DNA from: Mobula hypostoma
Taxonomy: Eukaryota
DNA length: 64,000 bases
NCBI RefSeq assembly: GCF_963921235.1
Contig: NC_086108.1
Coordinates: forward strand, 46,998,001 to 47,062,000
Reading direction: 5' to 3'
A program made the position numbers and the translations under genes. Positions 52,030-64,000 of this stretch are shown piece after piece; positions within the stretch are counted from its first letter, which is position 1; the number at the start of each line of letters is the position of its first letter. The notes below the pieces were generated by a model, which did not search any database, was not told the DNA's origin, and was given only the letters and a program-made list of their open reading frames with translations.

Positions 52030-54254
52030 AAAACCATTTAAGGAGGGGGCGGGGCAGAAGAAAGGAAATTCTAGGACAGTTATACGAGGAATTTTGCAGA
52101 TGCTGGAAATTCAAGCAAGACACATCAAAGTTGCTGGTGAACGCAGCAGGCCAGGCAGCATCTCTAGGAAGAGGTACAATCGACGTTTTGGGCCGAGACC
52201 CTTCGTCAGGACTAACTAAAGGAAGAGCTAGTAAGAGATTTGAAAGGGTGAGGGGGGAGATCCAAAATGATAGGAAAAGACAGGAGGGGAAGGGATGGAG
52301 CCAAGAGCTGGACAGGTGATTGGCAAAAGGGATATGAGAGGATCATGGGACAGGAGGCCCAGGGAGAAGGAAAAGGGTGGGGGGGGGGAAACCAGAGGAT
52401 GGGCAAGGGGTATAGTGAGAGGGACAGAGGGAGAAAAAGATGGCACGAACATTGACTTCTCTAACTTCCGCTAATGCCCCACCTCCCCCTCTTACCCCAT
52501 CCGTTATTTATTTGTATGCACACATTCTTTCTCTCTCTCTATCCTTTTTCTCCCTCTGTCCCTCTCACTATACCCCTTGCCCATTCTCTGGGTCCCCCCC
52601 CCCGCCTCCTTGTCTTTCTTCCCGGACCTCCTGTCCCATGATCCTCTCCTATCCCTTTGGCCAATCACCTGTCCAGCTCTTGGCTCCATCCCTCCCCCTC
52701 CTGTCTTTTCCTATCATTTTGGATCTCCCCCTCCCCTCCCCCTTTCAAATCTCTTACTAACTCTTCCTTCAGTTAGTCCTGACGAAGGGTCTCGGCCCGA
52801 AATGTCGACTGTATCTCTTCCTAGAGATGCTGCCTGGCCTGCTGTGTTCACCAGCAACTTTGATATGTGTTGCTCTAGGACAGTTAGCTGACTTCAGTGG
52901 TTGGGAAGATGTTTGAGTCCATTATTAAGGATGAGTTTTCAAGGTGATTTTAAGGCATATGATACATCTGATGAAATAAGCTGAAGTCAGCATGGTTTCA
53001 TTAATAGGAAATCTTGCCTGACAAATGTGTTGGACTTCTTTTCATTAAATGACAGACATGACAGACAAAGGAGAGTTGATGGATGTTGTTTACTCAGATT
53101 TTCAGAAGGCCTTTGACAATGTGTTACACATGAGATTGTTTAAAAAGATAACAGCCCCATGGTAGTACAGGAAAGCTACTAGCATGGATAGAAGATTGGC
53201 TGACTAGCAGGAGGCATGGAGTGGACCAAGAGGGCCTTTTCTGGTTGCCTGCCAGTGACCATCCAGTGGTATTCTACAGGGGTTAGTGTTGGGACCACTT
53301 CTTTTTACGTTGCATGTCAATGATTTGGATGATGGAATTAATAACTTTGTGGCTCAGTTTGCAGGTGATATGGGGCAGGTACTGTTGAGGAAGCAGAGAG
53401 TCTGCAGAATAATTTTTTTTTCAGTTTCGGGGAATGGGTTAAGTGGCAAATGGAATGCAGTGTAGGGCAATGTATGGTCGTGTATTTTGGTACAAGGAAT
53501 AAAGAGGGAGACTGCTTTCTAAGTGGGAAGAAAATTCATAAATCAGAGATGCAAAGGGATTTGGGGAGTCCTCATGTAGGATTCCTGAAAGGTTAACTTG
53601 CAGGTTGAGTAGGTATTCGGAAGGCTAATGCAACGTTAGCATTCATTTCAAGAGGACAAGAATATAAGAGCAAAGATGTAAAGCTGAAGCTTTACAAGGC
53701 ATTGGTCAGATTGCACTCGGAGTATTGTGAGCAGTTTTGGGCCCCTTATCTAAGAAAAGATGTGATAGCATTGGAGAGCGTTCCAAGGAGGTTCACAAAA
53801 TGATTCCAGGAATTAAATGGTTAATGTTTGAGGAGCATTTGATACCTCTGGGCTTGTACTCACTGGATTTTAGATGAATGACGGGGGAGCTCATTGAAAT
53901 CTATCAAATATTGAAAGGCCTATATAGAGTGGATGTGAAGAGGATGTTTTCTACAGTGTGGGAGTTGAAGACGAGGGCACAGCCTCAGAATAGAGGGACA
54001 TCCATTTAGAAAGAAGATGAGGAGGAATTTTTTTAGCCGGGGATGGCAAATCTGTGGAATTCATTGACACAGAAGGCTGTGAAGGCTAAGTCATTTGGTA
54101 TATTTAAAGTGGACATTGTTAGGTTCTTGATTAGTCAAATTATCAAAGGTTCTGGGGGAAAGACAGGAGAACGGGGTTGAGAGGGATAGTAAATCAACCA
54201 TGTAGCTTGATTGACCAAATGCCCTAATTCTGCTCCTATTATGGTTTTATGATC
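52030..54254 (+). mobile_element. CR1 LINE, RT to 3' end, interrupted by Penelope at 52083-52873
   Basis: Remnants of GN.R.VS.TSVVGK across the insertion, DFQKAFD, and a CR1 3' UTR at ~54230. Confidence 0.85.
52083..52873. mobile_element. Penelope inverted pLTR pair
   Basis: Minus pLTR at 52083-52440 and plus pLTR at 52441-52873, with a hammerhead core in each. 13 bp TSD tctaggacagtta at 52070-52082 and 52874-52886. Confidence 0.9.
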
Positions 54255-54256
54255 TA

Positions 54257-55839
54257 CAAACCCCATTTCCATAAAAGTTGGGATATTTTCCAAAATGCAA
54301 TAAAAACAAAAATCTGTGATATGTTAATTCACGTGAACCTTTATTTAACTGACAAAAGTACAAAGAAAAGATTTTCAATAGTTTAACTGACCAACTTAAT
54401 TGTATTTTGTAAACATACACAAATTTAGAATTTGATGACTGCAACACACTCAACAAAAGTTGGGACAGAGGCACGACCCTTTCCTTTTGATAACACTTTT
54501 TAATCGTCTTGGAACTGAGGATACTAATTGTAGTAGATTTGCAATTGGAAATTTTGTCCATTCTTGCTTGATATAAGACTTAAGCTGCAACAGTCCGTGG
54601 TCTCCGTTGTCTGATTCTCCCCTTCATGATGCGCCATACATTTTCATCAGGAGATCGATCTGGACTGGCAGCAGGCCAGTCAAGCATACGCACTCTGTGT
54701 CTACAAAGCCACGCTGTTGTAGCCCGTGCAGAATGTGGTCTGCATTGTCCTGCTGAAATAAGCATGGACGTCCCGGGAAGAGACGTCGCCTTGATAGCAA
54801 CACATGTCCCTCTAAAATCCTAATATATGCCTCAGAGTCAATGGTACCTTCACATACATGCAACTTACCCATGCCGTGGGCACTGATGCACCCCCATACC
54901 ATCACAGATGTTGGCTTTTGCACCTTTTGCTGATAACAATCTGGATGGTTGTTTTCATCTTTGGCATGGAGAACTCGACGCCCGTTTTTTCGGAAAACTA
55001 GCTGAAATGTGGACTCATCTGACCACAGCACACGGTTCCACAGTCTTTCGGTCCATCTGAGATGAGCTCGGGCCCAGAGAACTCGCCGGCATTTCTGCAT
55101 AGAGTTGATGTATGGCTTCCTCCTTGCGTAATACAGTTTCAAGTTGCATTTCTGGATGCAGCGACGGACTGTGCTGAGTGACAATGGTTTTCCGAAGTAC
55201 TCCCAAGCCCAGGTGGCTATAATTGTCACAGTAGCATGACGGATTCTTAGGCAGTGCCGCCTGAGGCCTCAAAGATCATGTGCATTCAACAGTGGTTTCC
55301 AACCTTGCCCTTTACGTACTGAGATGTCTCTGAATTCTCTGAATCTCTTCACAATATTATGTACTGTCGATGTTGAAAGACCTAAATTCTCCAAAATCTT
55401 GCGTTGAGAAATGTTCCTTTTGAACTGACTAACAATTCTCTCACGAATTTTGGCACAAAGGGGTGCGCCACGACCCATCCTTGCTTGCAAAGACTGAGCC
55501 TTTGATGGATGCTACTTTTATACCCAATCATGATACCTCACCTGCTACCAATTAGCCTGCTTAATGTGGAGTCTTCCAAACCGGCGTTACTTGAATATTC
55601 TGTTCACTTTTCAATCTTACTTTAACTCTGTCTCAACTTTTGTTGAGTGTGTTGCAGCCATCAAATTCTAAATTTGTGTATATTTACAAAATACGATTAA
55701 GTTGGTCAGTAAAACTGTTGAAAATCTTTTCTTTGTACTTTTGTCAGTTAAATAAAGGTTCACGTGAATTAACATATCACAGATTTTTGTTTTTATTGCT
55801 TTTTGGAAAATATCCCAACTTTTCTGGAAATGGGGTTTG
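54257..55839 (-). mobile_element. Full-length Tc1 transposon with ~210 bp TIRs
   Basis: TA TSD. TIRs caaaccccatttcca.aaaagttgggata with internal direct repeats. Confidence 0.95.
54424..55478 (-). pseudogene. Frameshifted Tc1 DD34E transposase
   Basis: Paired-like HTH (MGRG..ISQRKI..LGLSTSTVHNIVKRF), WSDE, VMVWGC, FQQDNA, WPAASPDRSPDENVW, split across frames. Confidence 0.9.
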
Positions 55840-55841
55840 TA

Positions 55842-56102
55842 CATGCAAAAGTACTTGTTTATCAGGTGAGGGTGGATATGAAGTGGTAGTTACCTGGAGA
55901 TCTTATAGTCCATGTTTGACTGTTATGATCAGTCTGGAGTAAGTTCAAGGGATTCTCAGGACCAGTCCATGACTGTGTGCCACTGAGAGACCACTTCTTT
56001 TAGGATACTCCTGTCAGTGGAACTGTGGTTGTGCAATTTGGTATATCAGAAAGGGATGATTGTGACATATCACGCTATTCCATAAGCAAAATACTACAGG
56101 TG
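55842..56102 (+). repeat. Duplicated segment, copy B
   Basis: Homologous to 47605-47870. Confidence 0.85.
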
Positions 56103-56275
56103 CTGCATATGTTATGAACTTGAAAGATTAATTTTATTGCTGTCAGCACAGATGTTGCCTGATCTTTGGATATTTACTGTATTTACTGTTTTTGACTCTG
56201 GCCAACTTTTGTCATCAGTCCCCAAATTGTTACTGAGATTTTGCTAGATTGGTTGGGCTGCGTGTGGCCTTTACG

Positions 56276-57250
56276 GGCTACGTCCACACTATGCCGGATA
56301 ATTTTGAAAACAAAGCCTTTTCTCTTCGTTTTGACCTTCTGTCCAAACTGAAATGGCATTTTCAGCCCCCGAAAACGGAGATTTTCAGAAACGGTCTCCA
56401 GAGTGAATAAATCTGAAAATACTTAATATCCGTTGCAGTGTGTACGGGGTAACCGAGCTTTTTAAAACCGCTGTCATGACGTGCCAGAACAGATGGCGAC
56501 AGCTCGGCATTTCATTGTTTTCTTCTTCTTATTATTGTTACTACTTTATAGTCGCCAAAAAGAGCGTACAATCATCACAGCGATATTTGTTTCTGCGTTT
56601 TGCAGAACCTAACAATTTCAGAACAGACGGCAACGAGACTGAAGCCAGAAGAGTTAGAAATGTACTCACCAAATACTTTGACCCATAGCTTACTGAATAA
56701 ATAAGTATACTCACTTTGCCCTGTTTTCTGTCCTTGCTTGTGTGAAGGTGGTTTACCTATTTATGCAAGTACTTCTCTGACAATAGATGTGTAATAGCCT
56801 AATGTAACATTGTATGGAAATACAAGATAACACAGATGCAGACATGTTTTATACATTTAACAAGGTGCTTTATTAATGCAACAGAGTTAGTCAGTTTTTC
56901 AGTGTTCGTCGTCAGCCGGGTCATACTGTCTGTGAACTCCGTGTCGGTTGCCTCCATACACTCCAGTATTTGTTTTTTTTAGTTTTAGGTCCTCCTGCAC
57001 GAGAGCCAAGAGCAATTCCTTTTAAGTTTTTCTACTCTGTAACTGGACAAACGTGTACCAAGTATAAAGTTTCCTCTTCGCTTGTTTTCTGTGTGTCCTG
57101 CGCATGCCCAGTAGGAGGAGATTCACCCAAATATCCATCTAATGTGGACGGAGATATTTTGAAAAATGCTTAGTGTGGACGTGTGGACGCCTATCGTTTT
57201 TACTCGAAACCGGCATTTTTGAAATTATCCGGCGTAGTGTAGACGTAGCC
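56276..57250. mobile_element. PIF/Harbinger-type MITE, copy 2, inverted relative to copy 1
   Basis: TIRs ggctacgtccacact..ccggataatttt / agtgtagacgtagcc. The interior is the reverse complement of 11053-12093. Confidence 0.9.
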
Positions 57251-57509
57251 ACAATGTCCAGATCCAATGCATAGCTTAATGTGCTGGTTTCTTATTGTAT
57301 TACAATGCAGTGTTACTGATAGACTTCCTCCTGGGTGACGAGAGGGCAGATTGTGGTTAACTAGTTTGCATATGGATCAGACCATGCAGATTGCTTCCTT
57401 AAAGGTGATAACTCTAATTATCAATGGACCATGTTTCTGTTTTTACAGTACAGTGGAGTAGCTCTGTGGTCATCATTATTAACGCTAGCCTTGTTTTCTA
57501 GTCCAGATC

Positions 57510-57935
57510 TTTATTCTTTATACTTTATTGTCGCCAAATAATTGATACTAGAACGTACAATCATCACAGCGATATTTGATTCTGTGCTTCCCGCTCCCTG
57601 GAGTACAAATCGATAGTAAATATTAAAAATTTAAATTATAAATAATAAATAGAAAATAGAAAATGGAAAGTAAGGTAGTGCAAAAAAAACCGAGAGGCAG
57701 GTCCGGATATTTGGAGGGTACGACTCAGATCCGGGTCAGGATCCGTTCAGCAGTCTTATCACAGTTGGAAAGAAGCTGTTCCCAAATCTGGCCATACGAG
57801 TCTTCAAACTCCTGAGCCTTCTCCCGGAGGGAAGAGGGACGAAAAGTGTGTTGGCTGGGTGGGTCGTGTCCTTGATTATCCTGGCAGCACTGCTCTGACA
57901 GCGTGCGGTGTAAAGTGAGTCCAAGGACGGAAGAT
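57510..57935 (-). mobile_element. Rex1 LINE 3' end
   Basis: RIIKDTTHPANTLFVPLPSGRRLRSL..RFGNSFFPTVIRLLN. Confidence 0.85.
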
Positions 57936-58929
57936 CTTTTTAATTAACTGAATTTAAATTCCCTCAGAGTAATGAGATTGAACATAAAATTCTAGATTGT
58001 CAGTTTTGGTTTCTGGTTTATTTATCCAGAAAGTGACTGACTAGATATCACTAGATAGACCATAAAGCACTTCTGTATCCCCTGAAGTAAACAAAGGTGT
58101 GAATACAAGTTGATTTGTTCTACTTTTTTTGTCCTTGCTTCTGATGATTTGTATACATACAGTATATGTTTTATTTCTACTTTGGGATAAAGAGCACAAT
58201 ATTGCTACTTATCAAAATTGACTTTTTTAAAAAAAGGCTCAAGTTTTATTTATTATGTATCACATTCAGTAGACATCAAATTGCTAGGAATTATTGTTTT
58301 CCCATTTAGTGTTGAAGATCAAGCACCACACGTCAAAGTTGCTGGTGAACGCAAGCAAGATGCTGTTTTACACCATATTGTGTATACGTGTGGTGCTTCT
58401 TCATTATGTTTTGTTGAAACTGCCAGGGAAGGGTTGTATTTAACATTATGTACATTGCATTTATTCAGTAATGTGGATCCTACTAAATAATAACCAGGAG
58501 AGCTGCCTGCTATTTCTCAGGTTACAGCATGGTGGTGCTGCTTTCTATCAAATTTTACATGGAGACAGTTATGTGCAGAGTAAGATTGAATGACTTTAAA
58601 CTATTTACAAAAATATCATGTAAACATTGGCACCCACACTAATAGCATGGTTGGGATTTTTTTTTACAGTATTGAGGGTTCACTAGTTGATTCCACCCAC
58701 TTGCTATAATTTGGTTTTGGGTGTTTTCAGAATATATGAGGAAAAAACCTGTTTCTATTTATTGGAGAATGGCCACATTTTCAGATATAACAGTGGCTGG
58801 GTGGAGTCTGTAGGAAATTACACAGCACTGTAATGAGTATTACTTTGTACTTTTTAACCAATATTCTGAATCCACTGCTTAAACACAAATATGGTAGTGT
58901 GTGTGTGTGTGTTCCTGCTCATCTCCCTC

Positions 58930-59280
58930 CTGCAGCTGTCTGCCATCTTCACACTCCCCTCCCCCACCTTGCTCCATTTGTGTTTTCTTTATTCTCTCTC
59001 TCCCTCCCTCCCTCCATTTATCATTCACCTGTCAGTGTTTCCAACTCCACCCTTGCTTATCTCCCCTGCCTGCCTATCATTTTACACCTCCTCTTAGTCC
59101 ACCAAATTGCATCAGAATCCTTTCTTGCCACTCTCCTTCTCTCGCCTGGCCATCTTGTCTCCTTAGTTTTGACCCAAAATGCTGCTCAGTTTTGCTTCTC
59201 CCACCAGTGCTGCTCAGTCTGTTCATTTCCTCCAGCAGATTGTTGCTCCAGATTTCAATGTCTATAGTTTCCTGTGTCTC
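58930..59280 (+). mobile_element. Old Penelope pLTR-like fragment
   Basis: Pyrimidine-rich body ending tgctgct..ttcctccagca..ccagatttc. Confidence 0.45.
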
Positions 59281-59449
59281 AAATATTCTCAGTTTGATTT
59301 AAATTTTTTTTTAGATTATCATGTTTAAATCTTAAACTCTGTGTGTGGGCAGGACTGAAGAATAGAAGAAAATGCTTTTTGACTTCTTTGTAAGGTATAA
59401 TCCATTTGCTAGGTGGATTTATCAACCGTAGTTTTCCTTTTCCTCCTTA

Positions 59450-60975
59450 CAGGTTTCCCCCACCATCCGAAGGTAGAGCGTTCCTATGAATCGGTTCGTA
59501 AGCCAAAATGTCGTAAAGTGAAGAAGCAATTACCATTTATTTATATGGGAAAATTTTGTGAGCATTCGCAGACCCAAAAATAACCTACCAAATCATGTGA
59601 AATAACATATAAAACCTAAAATAACAGTAACATATAGTAAAAGCAGGAATGATATGATAAATGCACAGCCTATATAAAGTAGAAATACTTCCATACAACG
59701 ATTGCCTGCACAGATCTCCGTAATGAAAATCTCACGCAAGCGCTGTTGGCATAAACACGCGCTCCAGTAACCTTTAAACTATGAAGCTGCCAAATCTACC
59801 AAATAACACGTAAAAATACACAGCCTATATAAAGTAAAATAATGTATGTACAGTGTAGTATCACTTACCGGAATTGGGAAAACAGCGCCGAGCACACTGA
59901 TGATGGTGTGTTAGACTTGTCGGAGTTTGGGTGCTGCAGTGGCCCCCACCCTCCGGGCCGCCGACCCGATACATTGCCGTGAAGAACGCAGCGGTAGCCA
60001 AGAGACACACAGCACATCATTAAGAAAAAAGCCAAAATAAACATGCTAATTAATTAGGTGCTGCCTGGCACGTAAATGTCGGCACAGATCAGAGGCGATT
60101 GCCGATTGCATCGCCTCTGATCTGGGCCGACAATTACGTGCTAGGCGGCACCTAATTAATTAGCATGTTTATTTCAGCTTTTTTCTTAAAGATGTGCTGT
60201 GTGCCTCCTGGCTACCGCTGAGTTTTTCGCGAATCGGTACATTATCTGTTCGGGGCCCGGGTGTTGGGGTGTGGGACACGGGGATGTCATCTCAACGTCG
60301 ATCAGGGCAGGCAGCTCATCTTCTCCTATGACTGCCCGCCTCGATGTCAAAGGTCAAGGTTTGTCATCTGCTCTGGCTGATGTGGAAGGCTTGCTTGACT
60401 GCTGAGCCTCGCGCATTTTTCTATCATACAGTTGTTCGTAAGCACTCAAACCATCCTGCAAATATCCCCTAAACTTACGTACCCTTTCAAAATTAAAGTT
60501 GTACTTTATCACTGCAGCGAAAATCTCACACAGTTGCTTCACTTTCTGCATTTGGTTTCGATTGTTATCCTTTCTTCTTCCAATTGCATCAGCTCTTCAT
60601 CTATCAGTTCTTGGTCATGGGATGCCAAAACCTCTTCAACATCTTCATCAACTTCCACAAGCCAAACTCACTTTGTCCTTGCTTCGTTCACCACGATCGA
60701 AACACTTAATTATGTCTAGTTTTACGCTAAGTGTAACACCCTTACTCTTTCAGGCTTTTCCGACACGTTAGAACTCATCTTGCTAATGGCTGCTCAATGC
60801 AACGTGTTTCAGCAATGCCGTTCCAAATCTGGGGCAGAGCGGCTGCTCGGGGCGCGTGCTGCCTTTCTTCGTAACAGTGAAAACACCTACTGAAAGCGAA
60901 AACAGGGTACTAATGTAGGTCTTTTGTAACAGTGAGGTTTCGTAAAGCGAACGTTCGAAAAGCGGGGAACACCTG
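59450..60975 (-). mobile_element. Tigger/pogo deletion derivative
   Basis: TA-flanked TIRs caggtttcccc..cgaaggtagagcgtt / aacgttcgaaaagcggggaacacctg. C-terminal remnant EVDEDVEEVLASHDQEL..AYEQLYDRK. Confidence 0.85.
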
Positions 60976-61651
60976 TATCCAGATAAATGCACCTGATGTG
61001 TAATCATAGAAATGAAAAATAGGAATGGGGGTAGGTGTTTTTACCCTTGAAACTGCTCCATCATTAAATATGATTCTGGGCAAGTATCAACAAGTTGTTT
61101 TACTTAGGAAAGGTTACAGCCAGCGCATATCCGAGCTTCATTTAACCTCTGAGTATGCATTTCCATCAGAGCCCAGAATAAATACCAAGAATTTTAATAT
61201 TTGTTTCCCTTTGCACAGTAACCCAAAGCCATTTCTAGTGCCCCAAAGTTATAGTTGCTGACAGTTGACTAAAGACAGAAGGATGAAGCTGAAATCTTTC
61301 TAGCTCTAGAACTCAACTAGATAAGCTATCTAAACACTAGGGAGTCCTCGAGTTCTCTGCCCTACATCCATTGAGCAAGTGTGGGGGAGGTGGGTGGAAA
61401 TTGCATATCTGCACTGGATAAGTAGAGCTGAAAAGCTGGAGGTTGTTTTTTGTGACACATGACCTTAGGACCATGCATGCAGTTATATGTGCATACACAC
61501 AGTATATCAGCAGTTTCAATTGCTACTTTTACTATGGTCATTGGTGAATGGGGCAATCAGTTGATGTATTAGAACAGTTTGGAACATCTTGAGATGGTGC
61601 TCTCATCTTATCTGTGCTGGAATGGTACTTGGCAAATAGAAGCCAGGCTAA

Positions 61652-62710
61652 GGCTATGTCCGCACTAGACCGGATAGATTATGAGGACACTCAGTCCTTG
61701 TTTATTGTCATTCAGAAATGCATGCATTAAAAAATGTTAGAATGTTCCTCCAGAATGATATCACAAGAAACACAGGACAAACCAAGACTAAAACTACAAA
61801 ACCACATAATTATAACATATAGTTACAACAGTGCAAAGCAATACCGTAACTTGATAAAGAGCAGACTATGGGCATGGTAAAAAAAGTCTCCAAGTTCCGA
61901 TAGCCGCCTCATCTCACGCAGATGGTAGAAGGGAGAAACTCTCCCTACCATGAACCTCCAAGCGCCTCAAACTTTCCGATACCACACCATTAGAAGCACC
62001 CAACCACAGCGGACTCTGAGTCCGTCCAAAAACTTTGAACCTCCGACCAGCCCTCCAACACCGAGCACCATCTTCTGCCGATCGCTACGACCCTGCCCCG
62101 GCCGCCGAGCAGCAAGCAAGGCCGAGGACTCGGGGGCCTTCCCCTCCGGAGATTATGGTTCACACAGTAGCAGCAGCAGCAGCAAAGCAGGCATTTCAGA
62201 AGTTTCACCAGATGTTCCTCTGTGCTGTCACGTCTGTCTCCATCAAATCAGGATTGTGCACGACACCCTACTTGACAGATAACAGACATCACCACCGGAG
62301 TGGCCGCTGTGAGCTGCAGCGCGCTGCCATCTTCTCCTCCTGCCGATAAATCCATGACTGAAACTTTTCCTCTTTGTTTTGACCCTCCGTCCACACTGAA
62401 ACAGCGTTTTCCTCCCCTGAAAATGGAGCTTTTCTAAAATGCTCTCCGGAGTGTTTAAATCTGAAAGTGCCAGTTGGGCGTTGTAGTGTGTACGGGGAAA
62501 CCGGAGCTTTCTAAAACCGCTGTCATGACGTGCCAGAACAGATGGTGACGGCAGCACGGCATTTCATTGTTTTCTTGAACGCAACCTCCAACACCACAAC
62601 GACAATATCTGACAATAGATGTGTAACCGCCTAATGTAACATTGTATGGAAATACAAGATAACACTGATGCAGACATGTTTTATACATTTAACAAGGTGC
62701 TTTATTAATA
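61652..62710. mobile_element. Related Harbinger MITE, copy 3, interrupted and truncated
   Basis: Starts taa|ggctatgtccgcact. Resumes at ~62343, homologous to 56310-56525. Cut by CR1 at ~62712. Confidence 0.75.
61677..62341 (-). mobile_element. Non-coding retroelement with an aagatggc head and Rex1-type tail
   Basis: Minus strand begins ggaggagaagatggcagcg and ends tgacaataaacaaggactgagtgtcctcataatct. Inserted in the MITE. Confidence 0.55.
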
Positions 62711-62711
62711 C

Positions 62712-64000
62712 AAACCATAGAAACTACAGCACAGAAACAGGCCTTTTGGCCCTTCTTGGCTGTGCCGAACCATTTTCTGCCTAGTCCCACTGACCTGCAC
62801 ACGGACCATATCCCTGCATACACCTCCCATCCATGTATCTGTCCAACTTATTCGTAAATGTTAAAAAAGAACCCGCATTTACCACCTTGTCTGGCAGCTC
62901 ATTCCATACTCCCACCACTCTCTGTGTGAAGAAGCCCCACCTAATGTTCCCTTTAAACTTTTCCCCCCTCACCCTTAACCCATGTCCTCTGGTTTTTTTC
63001 TCCCCTTGCCTCAGTTGAAAAAGCCTGCTTGCATTCACTCTATCTATACCCATCATAATTTTATATACCTCTATCAAATCTCCCCTCATTCTTCTACGCT
63101 CCAGGGAATAAAGTCCTAACCTATTCAACCTTTCTCTGTAACTGAGTTTCTCAAGTCCTGGCAACATCCTTGTAAACCTTCTCTGCACTCTTTCAACCTT
63201 ATTTATATCCTTCCTGTAATTTGGTGACCAAAACTGAACACAATACTCCAGATTCAGCCTCACCAGTGCCTTATACAACCTCATCATAACATTCCAGCTC
63301 TTATACTCAATACTTTGATTAATAAAGGCCAATGTATCAAAAGCTCTCTTTACGACCCTATCTACTTGTGACGCCACTTTTAGGGAATTTTGTATCTGTA
63401 TTCCCAGATCCCTCTGTTCTACTGCACTCCTCAGTGCCTTACCATTAACCCTGTATATTCTGCCTTGGTTTGTCCTTCCAACGTGCAATACCTCACACTT
63501 GTCTGTATTAAACTCCATCTGCCATTTTTCAGCCCATTTTTCCAGCTGGTCCAAGTCCCTCTGCAGGCTCTGAAAACCTTCCTCACTGTCTACTACTATA
63601 CAATCTTTGTATCATCAGCAAATTTGCTGATCCAATTTACCACATTATCATCCAGATCATTGAGATAGATGACAAATAACAATGGGCCCAGCACTGATCC
63701 CTGTGGCACACCACTAATCACAGGCCTCCACTCAGAGAAGCAATTCTCTACCACCACTCTTTAGCTTCTTCCATTGAGCCAATGTCTAATCCAATTTACC
63801 ACCTCTCCATGTATACCTAGCGACTGAATTTTCCTAACTAACCTCCCATGCGGGACCTTGTTAAAGGCCTTACTGAAATCCATGTGGACAATATCCACTG
63901 CCTTCCCTTCATCCACTTTCCTGGTAACCTCCTCGAAAAACTCCAGTAGATTGGTCAAACATGACCTACCACGCACAAAGCCACGTTGACTCTCCCTAAT
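62712..64000 (-). mobile_element. Young CR1 LINE, RT and 3' end, runs off the window
   Basis: 257 aa open ORF 62781-63554 (WAEKWQMEFN..CVQFWSP..TRGHGL), plus SCLTNLLEFFEEV..MDFSKAFNKVPH. Confidence 0.95.

Noticed and set aside
1..64000. ORFs in the supplied track as host genes
   Set aside because: The recognisable ones are TE fragments with frameshifts; the rest are short antisense or low-complexity shadows with no domain.

Overview
This is vertebrate, non-microbial DNA. The repeat content (abundant CR1/HER1-type LINEs, HE1-like tRNA SINEs, Rex1/Babar LINEs, Neptune-type Penelope elements) points to a cartilaginous fish, probably a ray; that is an inference. No intact host protein-coding exon could be identified, and nearly all ORFs in the track are decayed TE fragments or their antisense shadows. 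The unique AT-rich spacers look T-rich on the + strand, which fits a long intron of a + strand gene, and there is one candidate non-coding exon at about 5020-5286. Elements recognised: many CR1 and Rex1 fragments, RTE and Nimb LINE fragments, a BEL/Pao LTR remnant, a full-length frameshifted Tc1, three Tigger/pogo derivatives, a Charlie-type hAT, mariner and PIF/Harbinger MITEs, and SINEs, often nested. The most notable structure is a set of Penelope-derived insertions. Each carries a minimal hammerhead ribozyme core (CTGANGA...GAAAC-GTC); five of them are inverted (fold-back) units with 13-15 bp target-site duplications, the smallest a ~210 bp near-perfect hairpin. Coordinates of old, decayed elements are approximate.
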